A DNA stretch of 64,000 bases, from NCBI GenBank assembly GCA_963778655.1, contig CAVZVA010000009.1:1248001-1312000 (forward strand), read 5' to 3'. The notes beneath the pieces are model-generated. The model made no database searches. It had not been told where the DNA came from and saw only the letters and a list, made by a program, of their open reading frames with translations. The position numbers and the translations under genes are program-made. Within the stretch, counting starts at the first letter, position 1. The number at the start of each line of letters is the position of its first letter. Shown here one piece after another: positions 1-11,377 of this stretch. The DNA comes from an uncultured delta proteobacterium. Its GTDB lineage: Bacteria > Myxococcota_A > Polyangia > Polyangiales > JAFGIB01.

Positions 1-940
1 CGTTGCGGATCGTCCCCTGGGTCAAGAAGTCGATCACCTGCTCGGCGATTTCCTTGGCCACCCGGTCCTGCGCTTCGGCGGTGGAGGCTCCGAGGTGCGG
101 CGTGAGCACCACCTGCTCGAGCTTGAGCAGCGGGTTATCCTGCTCGACCGGCTCTTTGCTGAAGACATCGAGCGCAGCACCCGCGACCTGGCCTTCGGCG
201 ATCGCATTGGCGAGGGCGCGTTCGTCCACGATGCCGCCGCGCGCCGCGTTGACGATCATCACGCCCTTCTTCATCTTTTTCATCGCGTCGGCGTTGACCA
301 GGTTCTTGGTCTCTGGCGTCAGCGGCGCGTGGATGGTGAGGAAGTCGGCACGCTCGAACAGCTCGTCGATCGACACCAGCTCGACGCCCATGCTGGCCGC
401 CTTCTCCGAGCTCAGCACCGGGTCGAATGCGATCACCTGCAGCTTCAGGCCGAGCGCGCGATCGGCGACGATTCGCCCGATGTTGCCCATGCCGATCACG
501 CCCAGCGTCTTGCCGGCGATCTCGGTGCCTTGGAACTTGTTCTTCTCCCACTTGCCGGCGCGGATCGACGCCGTCGCCTGGGGGATCTTGCGCGCCAGTG
601 ACATCAGCAGCGCGATCGCGTGCTCCGCAGTCGTGACCGCGTTGCCGGTCGGCGTGTTCATCACCACCACGCCCTTGCGGCTCGCGGCCGGCACGTCGAC
701 GTTGTCGACGCCGATGCCTGCGCGACCGATCACCTGCAGCTGCTCGGCCTTTTCCAGCACTTTGGCAGTGACCTTCGAGCCGCTGCGAATGATCAAACCG
801 TCGTAGTCGCCGATCGCGTCGGCGAGCTCTTCTTCACTGAGGCCCGGCCGATAGTCGAAATGAATACCGGTGGCGGCGCGCAGGACGCTGAGGCCGGAGT
901 CGCTGAGCTTGTCGGAAACGAGGACCTTGGCTGTCTTCAT
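1..940 (-). CDS. serA: D-3-phosphoglycerate dehydrogenase (5' part; runs off the left window edge)
   Basis: Not in the ORF track because there is no stop in the window. Manual translation from ATG at 940 gives MKTAKVLVSDKLSDSGLSVLRAATG...IIRSGSKVTAKVLE...VIGRAGIGVDNVDV...GKTLGVIGMGNIGR (Rossmann motif)...NAARGGIVDE...LDVF...PHLGAST.EAQ. Confidence 0.93.
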   Translation of the reverse strand, partial: MKTAKVLVSDKLSDSGLSVLRAATGIHFDYRPGLSEEELADAIGDYDGLIIRSGSKVTAKVLEKAEQLQVIGRAGIGVDNVDVPAASRKGVVVMNTPTGNAVTTAEHAIALLMSLARKIPQATASIRAGKWEKNKFQGTEIAGKTLGVIGMGNIGRIVADRALGLKLQVIAFDPVLSSEKAASMGVELVSIDELFERADFLTIHAPLTPETKNLVNADAMKKMKKGVMIVNAARGGIVDERALANAIAEGQVAGAALDVFSKEPVEQDNPLLKLEQVVLTPHLGASTAEAQDRVAKEIAEQVIDFLTQGTIRN

Positions 941-1311
941 AATGGCTGCACCGTGGGTTGGGGTCGGGTCGCGAGCGGGACGCACGGCCGCGGGCGCCGC
1001 GGCGACCGCAACCAGCTGGAGCCGGACCTGCTCTCAGTGCTGGTGCGCGCAACCGTCGCCGGCAGTCGATCGCGGGCCATGTCGAGCTCGACAACCGTCG
1101 GAAAAAGGGCCCGGGAGGGCTAGCACTCCCGCCCGCTCAGCGTCAAGGAGAGCACGTGCTGTTGTGACGGAATATTCCAAGTCAGCCGGTCGTCGGCAGT
1201 CGACACGGAGAGGAATGGTGCCCGGTCGCCAGCCTTGGCACGCGGCGCGAACGCGCACGCCCACTGTTTCCAGAAGTCCCATCCGGGCGTGGCGAGAGCA
1301 AGCGCGGGCGG

Positions 1312-1337
1312 TTGCGTCGCGCATTGACGCAATGCGC
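1312..1337. promoter_or_regulatory. Overlapping dyads upstream of the respiratory operon (candidate regulator site)
   Basis: TTGCGTC-N7-GACGCAA (1312-1332) overlaps GCGCATTG-ACG-CAATGCGC (1319-1337) in the divergent serA/actA intergenic region. Confidence 0.35.
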
Positions 1338-1582
1338 CCTTGACCTGGCTTGGGGTTTCGCTTTTAAAGCGGGCGCCGAGTCGCACCCGGGTAGCGCCAC
1401 GCGCCCCCAACGGCGGCTTGACACAACACCGAGCGCGACCCTAGCGGCCGGCTCGGAAGACGGAGAGAAGAGACACTCGGCCGAGCAGCTCAGGCGCCGG
1501 CGCATCGCCGATCTTGTATTTCGTCGGCCCCTCGGTCATAAAGCCGCCCGATTTCCAGCCTCGCCACGAGCACGAGCACGCT

Positions 1583-2212
1583 ATGCAGCTATTCCCTCGC
1601 TCACTGAACTTCCTCCCGCTGGCGCTTGCCTTAGGTGCGGGCGGAGCCGGCACGGGAGTGACGTGGGTCTTCTGGTACTACTTCTCGCCGAAGAACCTGC
1701 AGGTCGGCTACGCGCCCGAGCAACCGATTCCGTACAGCCACAAGCTCCACGCGGGCGAGCTCGGGATCGATTGCCGCTACTGCCACGCCAACATCGAGCG
1801 CTCGCAGGAAGCGATGATCCCGCCGACCGACACTTGCATGGGTTGCCACGCGGTGGTCAAGAAGGACTCGCCCAAGCTCGCGGCCCTGCGCGACAGCTGG
1901 ACCAGCGGTAATCCGGTGCAGTGGATCCGGGTGCACAAGCTGCCCGACCACGTCTATTTCGATCACAGCGTGCACTTGGCTGCGGGCGTGGGCTGCGTCA
2001 GTTGCCACGGGCGCATCGACCAGATGGATGTGGTGCGACTCGACAAGCCGATCGCGATGGGCTGGTGCCTGGACTGTCACCGCAACCCGACCCCGAACCT
2101 ACGGCCCAAGGACCAGATCACGAACATGACCTGGCGCCCCGGTGAGGGCGGAGAACAGCTCGCCAAGGCCGAAGTCCACCCACCTCAGTACTGCTCGGGA
2201 TGCCACCGATGA
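1583..2212 (+). CDS. actA: Alternative complex III pentahaem cytochrome c subunit
   Basis: N-terminal TM, PEQPIPYSHKLH, five CxxCH motifs (CRYCH, CMGCH, CVSCH, CLDCH, CSGCH). ATG at 1583 preferred over the track's TTG at 1514. Confidence 0.93.
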   Translation: MQLFPRSLNFLPLALALGAGGAGTGVTWVFWYYFSPKNLQVGYAPEQPIPYSHKLHAGELGIDCRYCHANIERSQEAMIPPTDTCMGCHAVVKKDSPKLAALRDSWTSGNPVQWIRVHKLPDHVYFDHSVHLAAGVGCVSCHGRIDQMDVVRLDKPIAMGWCLDCHRNPTPNLRPKDQITNMTWRPGEGGEQLAKAEVHPPQYCSGCHR

Positions 2213-5207
2213 GTAGCGAAACCAGCAAGCAAGTGTCCGGCCGCAAGGTCTTCTGGCGCAGCCTGGAAGCGAAGGACGACCCCGAGACGGGGCGCGAGCA
2301 GGCGCGCGGCTCGGACGTCGTCAAACAGACCATCGGCTTGGTCGAGCTCGGCCGCCTCAAGCGCCGCCACTTCTTGACGCTGAGCGGCGCGATCTCGGCG
2401 CTGGCCGGAATCGAAGGCTGCATCCGGCGTCCGGTGGAGCGCATCCTGCCTTACACCCACATGCCCGAGGACGTGTCGCCGGGGGTGCCGGCGCACTACG
2501 CGAGCGTGATCAATCGCCGCGGCGAGGCGCTCGGCGTGCTGGTGCAGAGCTACGAGGGCCGTCCCACCAAGATCGAAGGCAACCCGGACCACCCGGCCAG
2601 CCGTGGCGCCACCGATCTGCAGACCCAGGGCTCGGTGCTCGATCTGTACGACACCGACCGCGCGCGCACGCCCTCGCGCGCGGGAATCACGAAGAGCTAC
2701 GCCGACTTCGACGCGCAGCTCAAACCGCTGGTCGACGGCCTGATGAAGAGCGCGGGCAAGGGCCTGCACGTGTTAGCCGAGCCGACCAACTCGCCGAGCT
2801 TTCTGCGCCTGCGGGCGGCGATCAAGCAGCGGATGCCGCTGTCGCGCTTCTACAGCTACGCTCCGGTTAACGAGGCCAACGAGGTTGCGGGCACCAAGCT
2901 CGCGTTGGGGCGGCCGTTGCTCGCGCTGACGCAGCCGCGCGCGGCCAAGGTGATCGTCGCGCTCGATTCTGACTTCCTGCTGACCGAAGCGGGCCACGTA
3001 CGCGCCGCGCGCGAGTTCTCGCAGGGCCGCTACCTGGAGTCCGCACACACGGGCAACATGAGCCGCCTGTATGTGGTGGAGCCGAGCATGACCGTGACGG
3101 GCTCCAACGCCGACCATCGCCTGCGCTTGCCCGCACAGGCGATCGGCGCCTACGCCAAGGCGCTGGCCGCAGAGCTGGGGAGTCACGGCGTGGCGCTCGG
3201 CGCCGTCGCCAGCGCGCTCGGGCCGGCGGAGATGCAGGGCGTGCCGCAACACTGGATCAAGGCGGTGGCCAAGGAGCTGGCGAGCCACCGCGGTGAATCG
3301 CTGGTGGTGGTGGGCTCGCGTCAGCCGCCCGCGGTCCACGCGCTCGCTCACGCGATCAACTCCGCGCTGCAAAATGCCGGCCGCACCGTGACCTACGTCG
3401 CGCCGGTCGATCCGCAGCAGAGCGATCCCTTCGAGGACATCAAGGCGCTGGCCGGTGAAATGGTCGCCGGCCACGTGCAGACCCTGATCGTGCTCGGCGG
3501 CAATCCGGTCTACGACGCGCCGGCCGACCTCGGCTTCAAGCAGGCCCTGGCCAAGGTTCCGCTCAGCATCTGCGCGACCTCCCGGCTCGACGAGACCGGC
3601 GAGGCGTGCACTTGGCACGTGCCACGCGCGCACGAGCTCGAGACCTGGGGCGATCAACAGTCGCGCGACGGCTTCTACGCGGTGCAGCAACCGCTGATCG
3701 CGCCGCTGTTCGACGCGCGCAGCGATCTGGAGCTGCTGGCGCCGCTGGCCGGCGAGCAGGACGGCAGCGGGCACGCGGTCGTGCGCGCGACCGCCAGCGC
3801 GCGCGGGCTTGGCGAGGAGCAGACCTGGCAGGCGCTGGTGCAGAAGGGCGTCTCCAACGCCAGCCAGGCTCAGGTGCTGGGCGGTTTGCCGATCCAGGAG
3901 CAAGCGGTCGCCGACGCAGTGCGTGCGATCGCGGCGGCGGCGCCGATCGGCGCCGACAACCTGGAGCTGGTGTTCGCACCCGACAACAAGCTGATGGATG
4001 GGCGCTACGCCAACAACACCTGGCTGCTCGAGCTGCCCGATCCGATCACGCGCATCACCTGGGACAACGTCGCGACCTTCGCACCCAGCACTGCCAAGGC
4101 GCTCGGGCTCAAGAACGGCGACATGATCAAGCTGCGCGCGGGCGATTCGGCGATCGAGATCGCCGCCTGGCTGCAGCCCGGACAGGCCGCCGGCACGGTC
4201 GGTGTCACGCTGGGCTGGGGCCGCACCCGCGCGGGTCACAACGCGGCTGAAGCCGGCTTCGATGTGTACCCGCTGCGCACGAGCACTGCCCCGCACTTCG
4301 TATCGGGGGTGAAGGTCGAGAAGCTGGGCCGCAGCTACCCGCTCTCGCAGACCCAGGATCACGACTCGATGGAGGGCCGCCCGCTGGCGCTCGATGCCAC
4401 GCTCGAGGACTACCGCAAGCAACCGGACTTCGGGCAGTGGGAGTCTCCCGACCCGTCCACGCCGCCGCTATGGAAGGTCCAAGATTACAGCAAGGGTTAC
4501 CAGTGGGGCATGGTCATCGACCTCAACACCTGCATCGGCTGCTCCGCCTGCGTGATTGCCTGCCAGGCCGAGAACAACATCCCGATCGTGGGTAAAGAGC
4601 AGATCGCGCGTGGCCGTGTGATGAGCTGGCTGCGCATCGACCGCTACTACGTCGGCGAGGACGCGGACGAGCCGGAGGTCGCCTACCAACCCGTCGCCTG
4701 CCAGCAGTGCGAGCAAGCGCCCTGCGAGAACGTGTGCCCGGTCGCCGCCACCTCGCACAGCCCCGAGGGGCTGAACGACATGGCGTACAACCGCTGCATC
4801 GGCACGCGCTACTGCATGAACAACTGTCCCTACAAGGTGCGGCGCTTCAACTTCTTCAACTTCAACCTCGACATTCCCGAGACGCAGAAGATGCAGTACA
4901 ACCCGAGCGTCACCCTGCGTTTCCGCGGTGTGATGGAGAAGTGCACGTACTGCGTGCAGCGCATCGAGGCAGCCAAGATCGCCGCCATCCGCGAGGACCG
5001 GACGGTGCGCGACGGTGACATCGTCACCGCCTGCCAGCAGGCCTGTCCAGCGCAGGCGATTACCTTCGGCAACATCAACGATGCGAAGAGTGCCGTGACC
5101 AAGAAGCGGGAAATCGACCGCAGCTACGGGCTGCTCGCCAACGTCGGCACGCACCCGCGCACGCGCTTCCTCGGCAAGATCCGCAATCCGAACCCGGAGA
5201 TGAAGGG

Positions 5208-5211
<4 letters not shown>
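2209..5211 (+). CDS. actB: ACIII subunit B: molybdopterin-oxidoreductase-like domain plus Fe-S domain
   Basis: FWRSL N-terminus, Tat-like [18 protein letters not shown]-terminal Fe-S motifs ([37 protein letters not shown]...CQQACP). ATGA overlap with actA. Confidence 0.93.
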
Positions 5212-6644
<1,433 letters not shown>

Positions 6645-6645
6645 G

Positions 6646-7206
6646 ATGTCGGCGGCCAACGCAACCGGCAAACGCCCCGTCTTGTTCCTGGCGGAGTTCG
6701 ACACCGCGGACGCCATCATCGGCGCAGCCGAAAAGGTGCGTGACGCGGGCTTCCAGAAGTGGGACGTGCACTCGCCGTATCCGGTCCACGGCATGGACGC
6801 GGCGATGGGCCTCTCCGACTCGCGCCTGGGCTGGATCGTGCTCGCTTCCGGGCTCACCGGGCTGAGCCTGGCGGTGTTGATGATGCAGTGGATGAACGGC
6901 TACGACTACCCGCTCGTCATCGGCGGCAAGCCACCCGACGCGTTTGCGTCGATGGTGCCCATCATGTTCGAGCTCACGGTGCTGATCTCGTCGTTCGGGG
7001 CGACCTTCGGCATGTTCGGGCTCAATCAGATCCCGCGTCACCATCACCCGGTGTTCTATTCGGACCGCTTCGAGTCGTTCTCCAACGATAAGTTCTTCGT
7101 CTCGATCGAGGCGGAGGACAAGCAGTTCGACGTCGCCAAGACCCGGGAGTTTCTCGAGTCGCTCCATCCGAGCTTCCTCGAGCTCGTGGAGGAGGAGTCG
7201 GCATGA
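6646..7206 (+). CDS. actD: ACIII subunit D (DUF3341)
   Basis: LAEFD...DVHSPYPVHGMD.AMG, two TMs, YPLVIGGKP, FELTVL. ATG 1 nt after the actC stop. Confidence 0.9.
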   Translation: MSAANATGKRPVLFLAEFDTADAIIGAAEKVRDAGFQKWDVHSPYPVHGMDAAMGLSDSRLGWIVLASGLTGLSLAVLMMQWMNGYDYPLVIGGKPPDAFASMVPIMFELTVLISSFGATFGMFGLNQIPRHHHPVFYSDRFESFSNDKFFVSIEAEDKQFDVAKTREFLESLHPSFLELVEEESA

Positions 7207-7811
7207 CGCGCCTACCACCACGTCGCCGGCTTGCCGCCGGCTGCGCGCTCGCGACGCTGGCGCTGCTCGCGGGCGCGGGATGTCGCGGCCAGACCAGCGT
7301 CGAGCCGCCGATCGTCCCCCTGCGCAACATGTACGACCAGGACCGCTACAACGCGCAGGCCTACTGCAACTTCTTTCCCGACCACCGCACGATGCGCACG
7401 CCGGTCGAGGGCACGGTGCCGCGCGAGCGGCAGATCGATCCCGAAATCGGCAGGGGCAGGCTACCCGACGACTCGGGCTACGTGCTGGAGATCCCCAAGC
7501 CGGTGGTGGACGGGTTCGGCGGGATGAGCGCGCTGGTCAACCGCGGCCACGATCGCTTCAACATCTATTGCCGGCCCTGCCACGACGGCACCGGCAGCGG
7601 TCACGGTACGGTGATCGAGCGCTCGGGCTGGCAACCGGCGCCGCCGAGCTTCCATCAAGATCGAATCCGCCAAATGCCGGACGGGCAGGTGTTCGCGACC
7701 ATCACCCATGGAGTGCGTGTGATGCCGTCGTACGGCGCGCGCATTCCCGTCAACGACCGTTGGGCGATCGTGAGCTACGTGCGCGCGCTGGAGCTGTCGC
7801 AAGGAGAGTAG
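7203..7811 (+). CDS. actE: ACIII subunit E, monohaem cytochrome c lipoprotein
   Basis: Lipobox-like LAGAGC, MRTPVEGTVPR, CRPCH haem site, MPSYG...DRWAIVSYVRAL. Confidence 0.9.
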   Translation: MTRLPPRRRLAAGCALATLALLAGAGCRGQTSVEPPIVPLRNMYDQDRYNAQAYCNFFPDHRTMRTPVEGTVPRERQIDPEIGRGRLPDDSGYVLEIPKPVVDGFGGMSALVNRGHDRFNIYCRPCHDGTGSGHGTVIERSGWQPAPPSFHQDRIRQMPDGQVFATITHGVRVMPSYGARIPVNDRWAIVSYVRALELSQGE

Positions 7812-7814
7812 GCC

Positions 7815-9152
7815 GTGAGCGACGCCAAGGAACAGAGCAAGGACACTGCCGCGGCTCAGTACCGCATTCCGCCGCAGAACGTCTGGGCGCAAGCGTGGAA
7901 GATGGCGGCCGCGGTCGGCGCCGTGGGCCTGGTGGTCGCGGCCATCGGCTACAGCCTCGATCCGCGACGGTTCGCGTTCTCGTATCTGATGGGGTTTGCG
8001 ACCGTGCTGACGATGGCCTTCGGGTCGATGTTCTTCGTCTTGATCCAGCACCTGACCGCGGCCGGTTGGAGCGTGACGGTGCGGCGCACCTCGGAGTTCT
8101 TCGTGGCCGGCGTGGTGGTGATTCCGCTGCTCGCGCTGCCGCATCTGTTCCTGAACGCCAACAAGCTCTACCCCTGGTGGCACGAGCAGAGCGCGGCGGT
8201 GGCGCATGCCCAGGAGCACGTGCAGGTGGGCGAGGCCAGGCACGAAGGGGCAGCTGCAGAGCAGGAGGGCGCCGAGGCGAGCGGTCCCGAGCACGCCGCC
8301 GAAGAAGCCACGCTGGACAAGAAGCTGCCTTTTCTGAATCCGGGCTTCTTCTATGGGCGCGCGGTGCTGTACCTGCTGCTCTGGTTGTGGCTCGCGGACA
8401 GGTTGTTCCGCTACTCGACGGAGCAAGACAAGAGCGGCGACCCGAAGTGGACCGTGAAGCTACAGAGCTTCGCGCCGGGCGCGATGTGGGTGTTCGCGCT
8501 GTCGCTGACCTTCGCCGGGTTCGACTGGGTCATGAGCCTCGAGCCCGACTGGTACTCGACCATGTTCGGAGTGCGCATCTTCGCGACCTCGGCCGTGCTG
8601 GGGCTCGCACTGAACATCCTGGTCTGTCTCGGCTTGCGGCGCGCCGGTGTGGTCAAGGACGAGATCAACGTCGAGCACTTCCACGACCTGGGCAAGCTGA
8701 TGTTCGGTTTCCTGGTGTTCTGGGCGTACATCTCGTTCAGCGAGTTCATGCTGATCTGGTACGCCGCCCTCCCGGAAGAGACGATCTACTACCACCACCG
8801 CTGGGACTTTCAGTGGTGGAGGATGATCAGCGTCTCGATCGTGGTGGTGAAATTCATCATCCCGTTCTTCATGGTCATGTCGCGCAACGCCAAGCGCAAC
8901 CTTGGTCTGCTCGGGCTCGGCGCGGGATGGATCGCCGCTCTGCACCTGGTCGAGATGTATTACTGGATCATGCCGTACTACAGCGGGTCGGAGGTGCCGT
9001 TCTCGCCCACCGGCTTCATGACCGACCTCGGCTGCGTGTTGGGCTGCGTGGGCATCTACCTGGCCGTGGTGTTCAGGCGCATGCTGAACCACCCGGTGAT
9101 CGCGCTGCGCGACCCGCGTCTGGAGCGAGCGTTGGACTTCGTGCAGTTCTAG
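7815..9152 (+). CDS. actF: ACIII subunit F, membrane protein
   Basis: AGGAG RBS; LIQHLTAAGWS, FLNPGFF, DWVMSLEPDWYSTMFG, HFHDLGKLMFGF..FWAYI.FS.FMLIWY. Confidence 0.9.
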   Translation: MSDAKEQSKDTAAAQYRIPPQNVWAQAWKMAAAVGAVGLVVAAIGYSLDPRRFAFSYLMGFATVLTMAFGSMFFVLIQHLTAAGWSVTVRRTSEFFVAGVVVIPLLALPHLFLNANKLYPWWHEQSAAVAHAQEHVQVGEARHEGAAAEQEGAEASGPEHAAEEATLDKKLPFLNPGFFYGRAVLYLLLWLWLADRLFRYSTEQDKSGDPKWTVKLQSFAPGAMWVFALSLTFAGFDWVMSLEPDWYSTMFGVRIFATSAVLGLALNILVCLGLRRAGVVKDEINVEHFHDLGKLMFGFLVFWAYISFSEFMLIWYAALPEETIYYHHRWDFQWWRMISVSIVVVKFIIPFFMVMSRNAKRNLGLLGLGAGWIAALHLVEMYYWIMPYYSGSEVPFSPTGFMTDLGCVLGCVGIYLAVVFRRMLNHPVIALRDPRLERALDFVQF

Positions 9153-9171
9153 GCGAGGAAGCAGGCCAAAC

Positions 9172-9795
9172 ATGGACGCAAGACAAGAGCTCTTCGCTTA
9201 CCTCGGCGCGGCGATCACCACGATCGCGGTCTTGTTCGGCGCTCAGCACTGGTACGCGAGCTACCTCGACGTGTCGGTGGTTCACGGGCTCGAGGTGGAC
9301 GCTCCCATGAACGAGAAGCTTGCCGCGGTCCGCGCCCAGGAACAGCAGAAGCTCTCCTCGGGCAGAATGCCGATCGATCGGGCGATGCAGGCGCTGGCGC
9401 AGCGCGGGCGCATGGCCTTCCCGCTGGTCGCGCCGAAGCCATCCGAGGACCTCTCGCCGATGTCGGGATGGATCCACCAGCCGGGCTTCACCGCGTACGT
9501 TCCGCGCAAGCAGCCGGCTCCAGCGCCCGCGGCGCCGACTGCCGCACCGCAGGCCCAAGCGATTGCCGCTGGTGCCGAGGCCGGCGCCCCCGCCCCCGGC
9601 GCGCCCGCGCCCGCGGCCACGAAGCCAGTGGTGGCCAAGCCGGTGCCGCCCAAGGCTGCGCTAGCTGCGCCCGCGGCCACGCCGAAGCCGGCTCCCGCCG
9701 TGCGTCCGGTCGCGCCGCAGCCCACGGGCGCGCCGCACCCGACCGCTCCTGCCAAAGCGTCCGGCGCTGTGCCGGCTCACGAGGCCCCACGATGA
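9172..9795 (+). CDS. ActG-like single-TM accessory protein with Pro/Ala-rich tail
   Basis: Directly follows actF; N-terminal TM; RMPIDRAM resembles the RIPI(D/E)RAM motif of genes found at this position in ACIII operons; ~90-aa P/A-rich C-terminus. Confidence 0.65.
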   Translation: MDARQELFAYLGAAITTIAVLFGAQHWYASYLDVSVVHGLEVDAPMNEKLAAVRAQEQQKLSSGRMPIDRAMQALAQRGRMAFPLVAPKPSEDLSPMSGWIHQPGFTAYVPRKQPAPAPAAPTAAPQAQAIAAGAEAGAPAPGAPAPAATKPVVAKPVPPKAALAAPAATPKPAPAVRPVAPQPTGAPHPTAPAKASGAVPAHEAPR

Positions 9796-10448
9796 CCGAC
9801 AAGAAAGCTGGACCAAGCCTGGTGGCGCCGCTGGGCGGTGTCGTGGTCGGGGTGGCCGTGTTTCTGGGTGTCAACATCACCACCGGCCACGCGGTGATCC
9901 CGACGCCCGAGTCGATCACGAGCCAGTCGGCCGGGCTGTCGCCGGTCGTGCGTCCGGCCGACGAGACCGCGAGCGCTGCGCCCAAGCTCACGGGGCCCTT
10001 TCAAACCGTGTGTGCCACCTGCCATCAGCAGAATGGAATGGGTTTGCCCGGCGCTTTTCCCCCGCTCGCAGGCTCGGAGTGGCTGCTCGGCAATCCCGAG
10101 ATCCCGGTGCGGGTGGTGCTGCTCGGCCTGACCGGCCCGATCCAGGTCAAGGGCACGAAGTTCGCGTCGACCATGCCGCCTCCGCCAGGGCTGAGCGACG
10201 CGCAGATCGCCGAGGCGATCAGCTTTGCGCGCTCGCACTTCGGCAATCACGCCGGCGCTGTCGACGTCGGGCTGGTCAAGAAGGTGCGCTCGGAGCTGGC
10301 GGGCCGGACCAAGTCGTGGAGCGCGGACGAGCTAGCGGCGATTCAGACCGGCGCCGGGGCCGAGGCTGCGGGCGGCGCGGCGGGCGCCGGGGCAGGAGCG
10401 ACGCCTCCAGCCGCGCCCGGCTCGGCTCCACCGGCGGCTGCGCACTAG
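9792..10448 (+). CDS. Membrane-anchored monohaem cytochrome c
   Basis: ATGA overlap at 9792; TM anchor; CATCHQQNGMGLPGAFPPLAGSEW...GL.GPI.V.G...MP...LSDAQIA. Confidence 0.88.
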   Translation: MTDKKAGPSLVAPLGGVVVGVAVFLGVNITTGHAVIPTPESITSQSAGLSPVVRPADETASAAPKLTGPFQTVCATCHQQNGMGLPGAFPPLAGSEWLLGNPEIPVRVVLLGLTGPIQVKGTKFASTMPPPPGLSDAQIAEAISFARSHFGNHAGAVDVGLVKKVRSELAGRTKSWSADELAAIQTGAGAEAAGGAAGAGAGATPPAAPGSAPPAAAH

Positions 10449-10464
10449 CGGGAACGAACAGGCC

Positions 10465-11196
10465 ATGACAGCCAACTCGCTGGAAAAGCTGGAGAACGAG
10501 ACCAACACCGACCGGAAGCTGGCGATGCCGACGCTGAAATCGATGCTGCAACTCCCACTGCCTGTGCGCCACCTGCTGCTCGGGACCTGCCTGGCGATCT
10601 TCGTGGCCGGCTGCGACTACAAGATCCCGGCCGATCAACCCACCGCGAGCGGCCAGGAGATCTTTCAGCTCTGCAGCCAGTGTCACGGTGAAGCCGGCCT
10701 GGGCCATCGGGAGTACAATGCTCCCTCAATCGCCGGCCTGCCCCAATGGTACATCGAGGCGCAATTGAAGAAGTTCCGTGCCGGCGTGCGGGGCGCGCAC
10801 CCCAAGGACACCACCGGCATGATGATGCGGCCCATGACCCGGAGCTTCCACAACGAAGCCGACCTCAAGGCCGTGGCCGCGTACGTCGCGAGCTTGCCGC
10901 GGCCGGCCGCGCCGCCGGCCCTGCAGGGCGGCGATGCCGTCCACGGCAAAGCGCTGTTCACGGTGTGCAGCGCCTGCCACCAGGCCGACGGCTCCGGCCA
11001 GCAGCTGGTCAAGGCGCCGCCCTTGAAGCACGCCAGCGACTGGTATTTGCTGGCTCAACTCAAGAAGTTCAAGGCAGGCATCCGAGGCGGTACCGCCAAG
11101 GACGTCGAAGGCTCTCAAATGCGGCCGCAGGCGCTCGCGCTCGCGAACGACCAGGCCATGAAGGATGTCGTGGCGTACATCGCGACGCTGAAGTAG
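10465..11196 (+). CDS. Dihaem cytochrome c4-like protein (possible lipoprotein)
   Basis: Two repeats with CSQCHG and CSACH, each followed by AP.(I/L)...WY..AQLKKF+AG.RG and a Met ligand; VAGC is lipobox-like. Start could be downstream (10525). Confidence 0.88.
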   Translation: MTANSLEKLENETNTDRKLAMPTLKSMLQLPLPVRHLLLGTCLAIFVAGCDYKIPADQPTASGQEIFQLCSQCHGEAGLGHREYNAPSIAGLPQWYIEAQLKKFRAGVRGAHPKDTTGMMMRPMTRSFHNEADLKAVAAYVASLPRPAAPPALQGGDAVHGKALFTVCSACHQADGSGQQLVKAPPLKHASDWYLLAQLKKFKAGIRGGTAKDVEGSQMRPQALALANDQAMKDVVAYIATLK

Positions 11197-11212
11197 AGGC
11201 AGGAGCAACAAC

Positions 11213-11377
11213 ATGGCGCACATGCATGACGACCCCGATGTCGAGGCGAAGAAGTGGTTCACGATCGTCATCGTGGGCGCGTTCCTGTACGTCTCGACCG
11301 TCGTCACCTTCGTGATCAGTCGCGACGTTCAACCTGACAACCCAGCACCCGAGGGCCAGCATGGGCAGTCTCACTGA
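11213..11377 (+). CDS. Small single-TM protein (54 aa), putative oxidase accessory subunit
   Basis: Not in the ORF track. AGGAG RBS at 11201; MAHMHDDPDVEAKKWFTIVIVGAFLYVSTVVTFVISRDVQPDNPAPEGQHGQSH*; GC-rich third positions; fills the gap and overlaps the coxB start. Confidence 0.75.
   Translation: MAHMHDDPDVEAKKWFTIVIVGAFLYVSTVVTFVISRDVQPDNPAPEGQHGQSH

Noticed and set aside
3..806. Plus-strand ORFs 3..806 and 95..601
   Set aside because: Antisense shadows of serA, which occupies the minus strand but is missing from the track.
1235..1252. sigma54 promoter (TTGGCACG) upstream of actA
   Set aside because: No TTGC -12 element at the required spacing.
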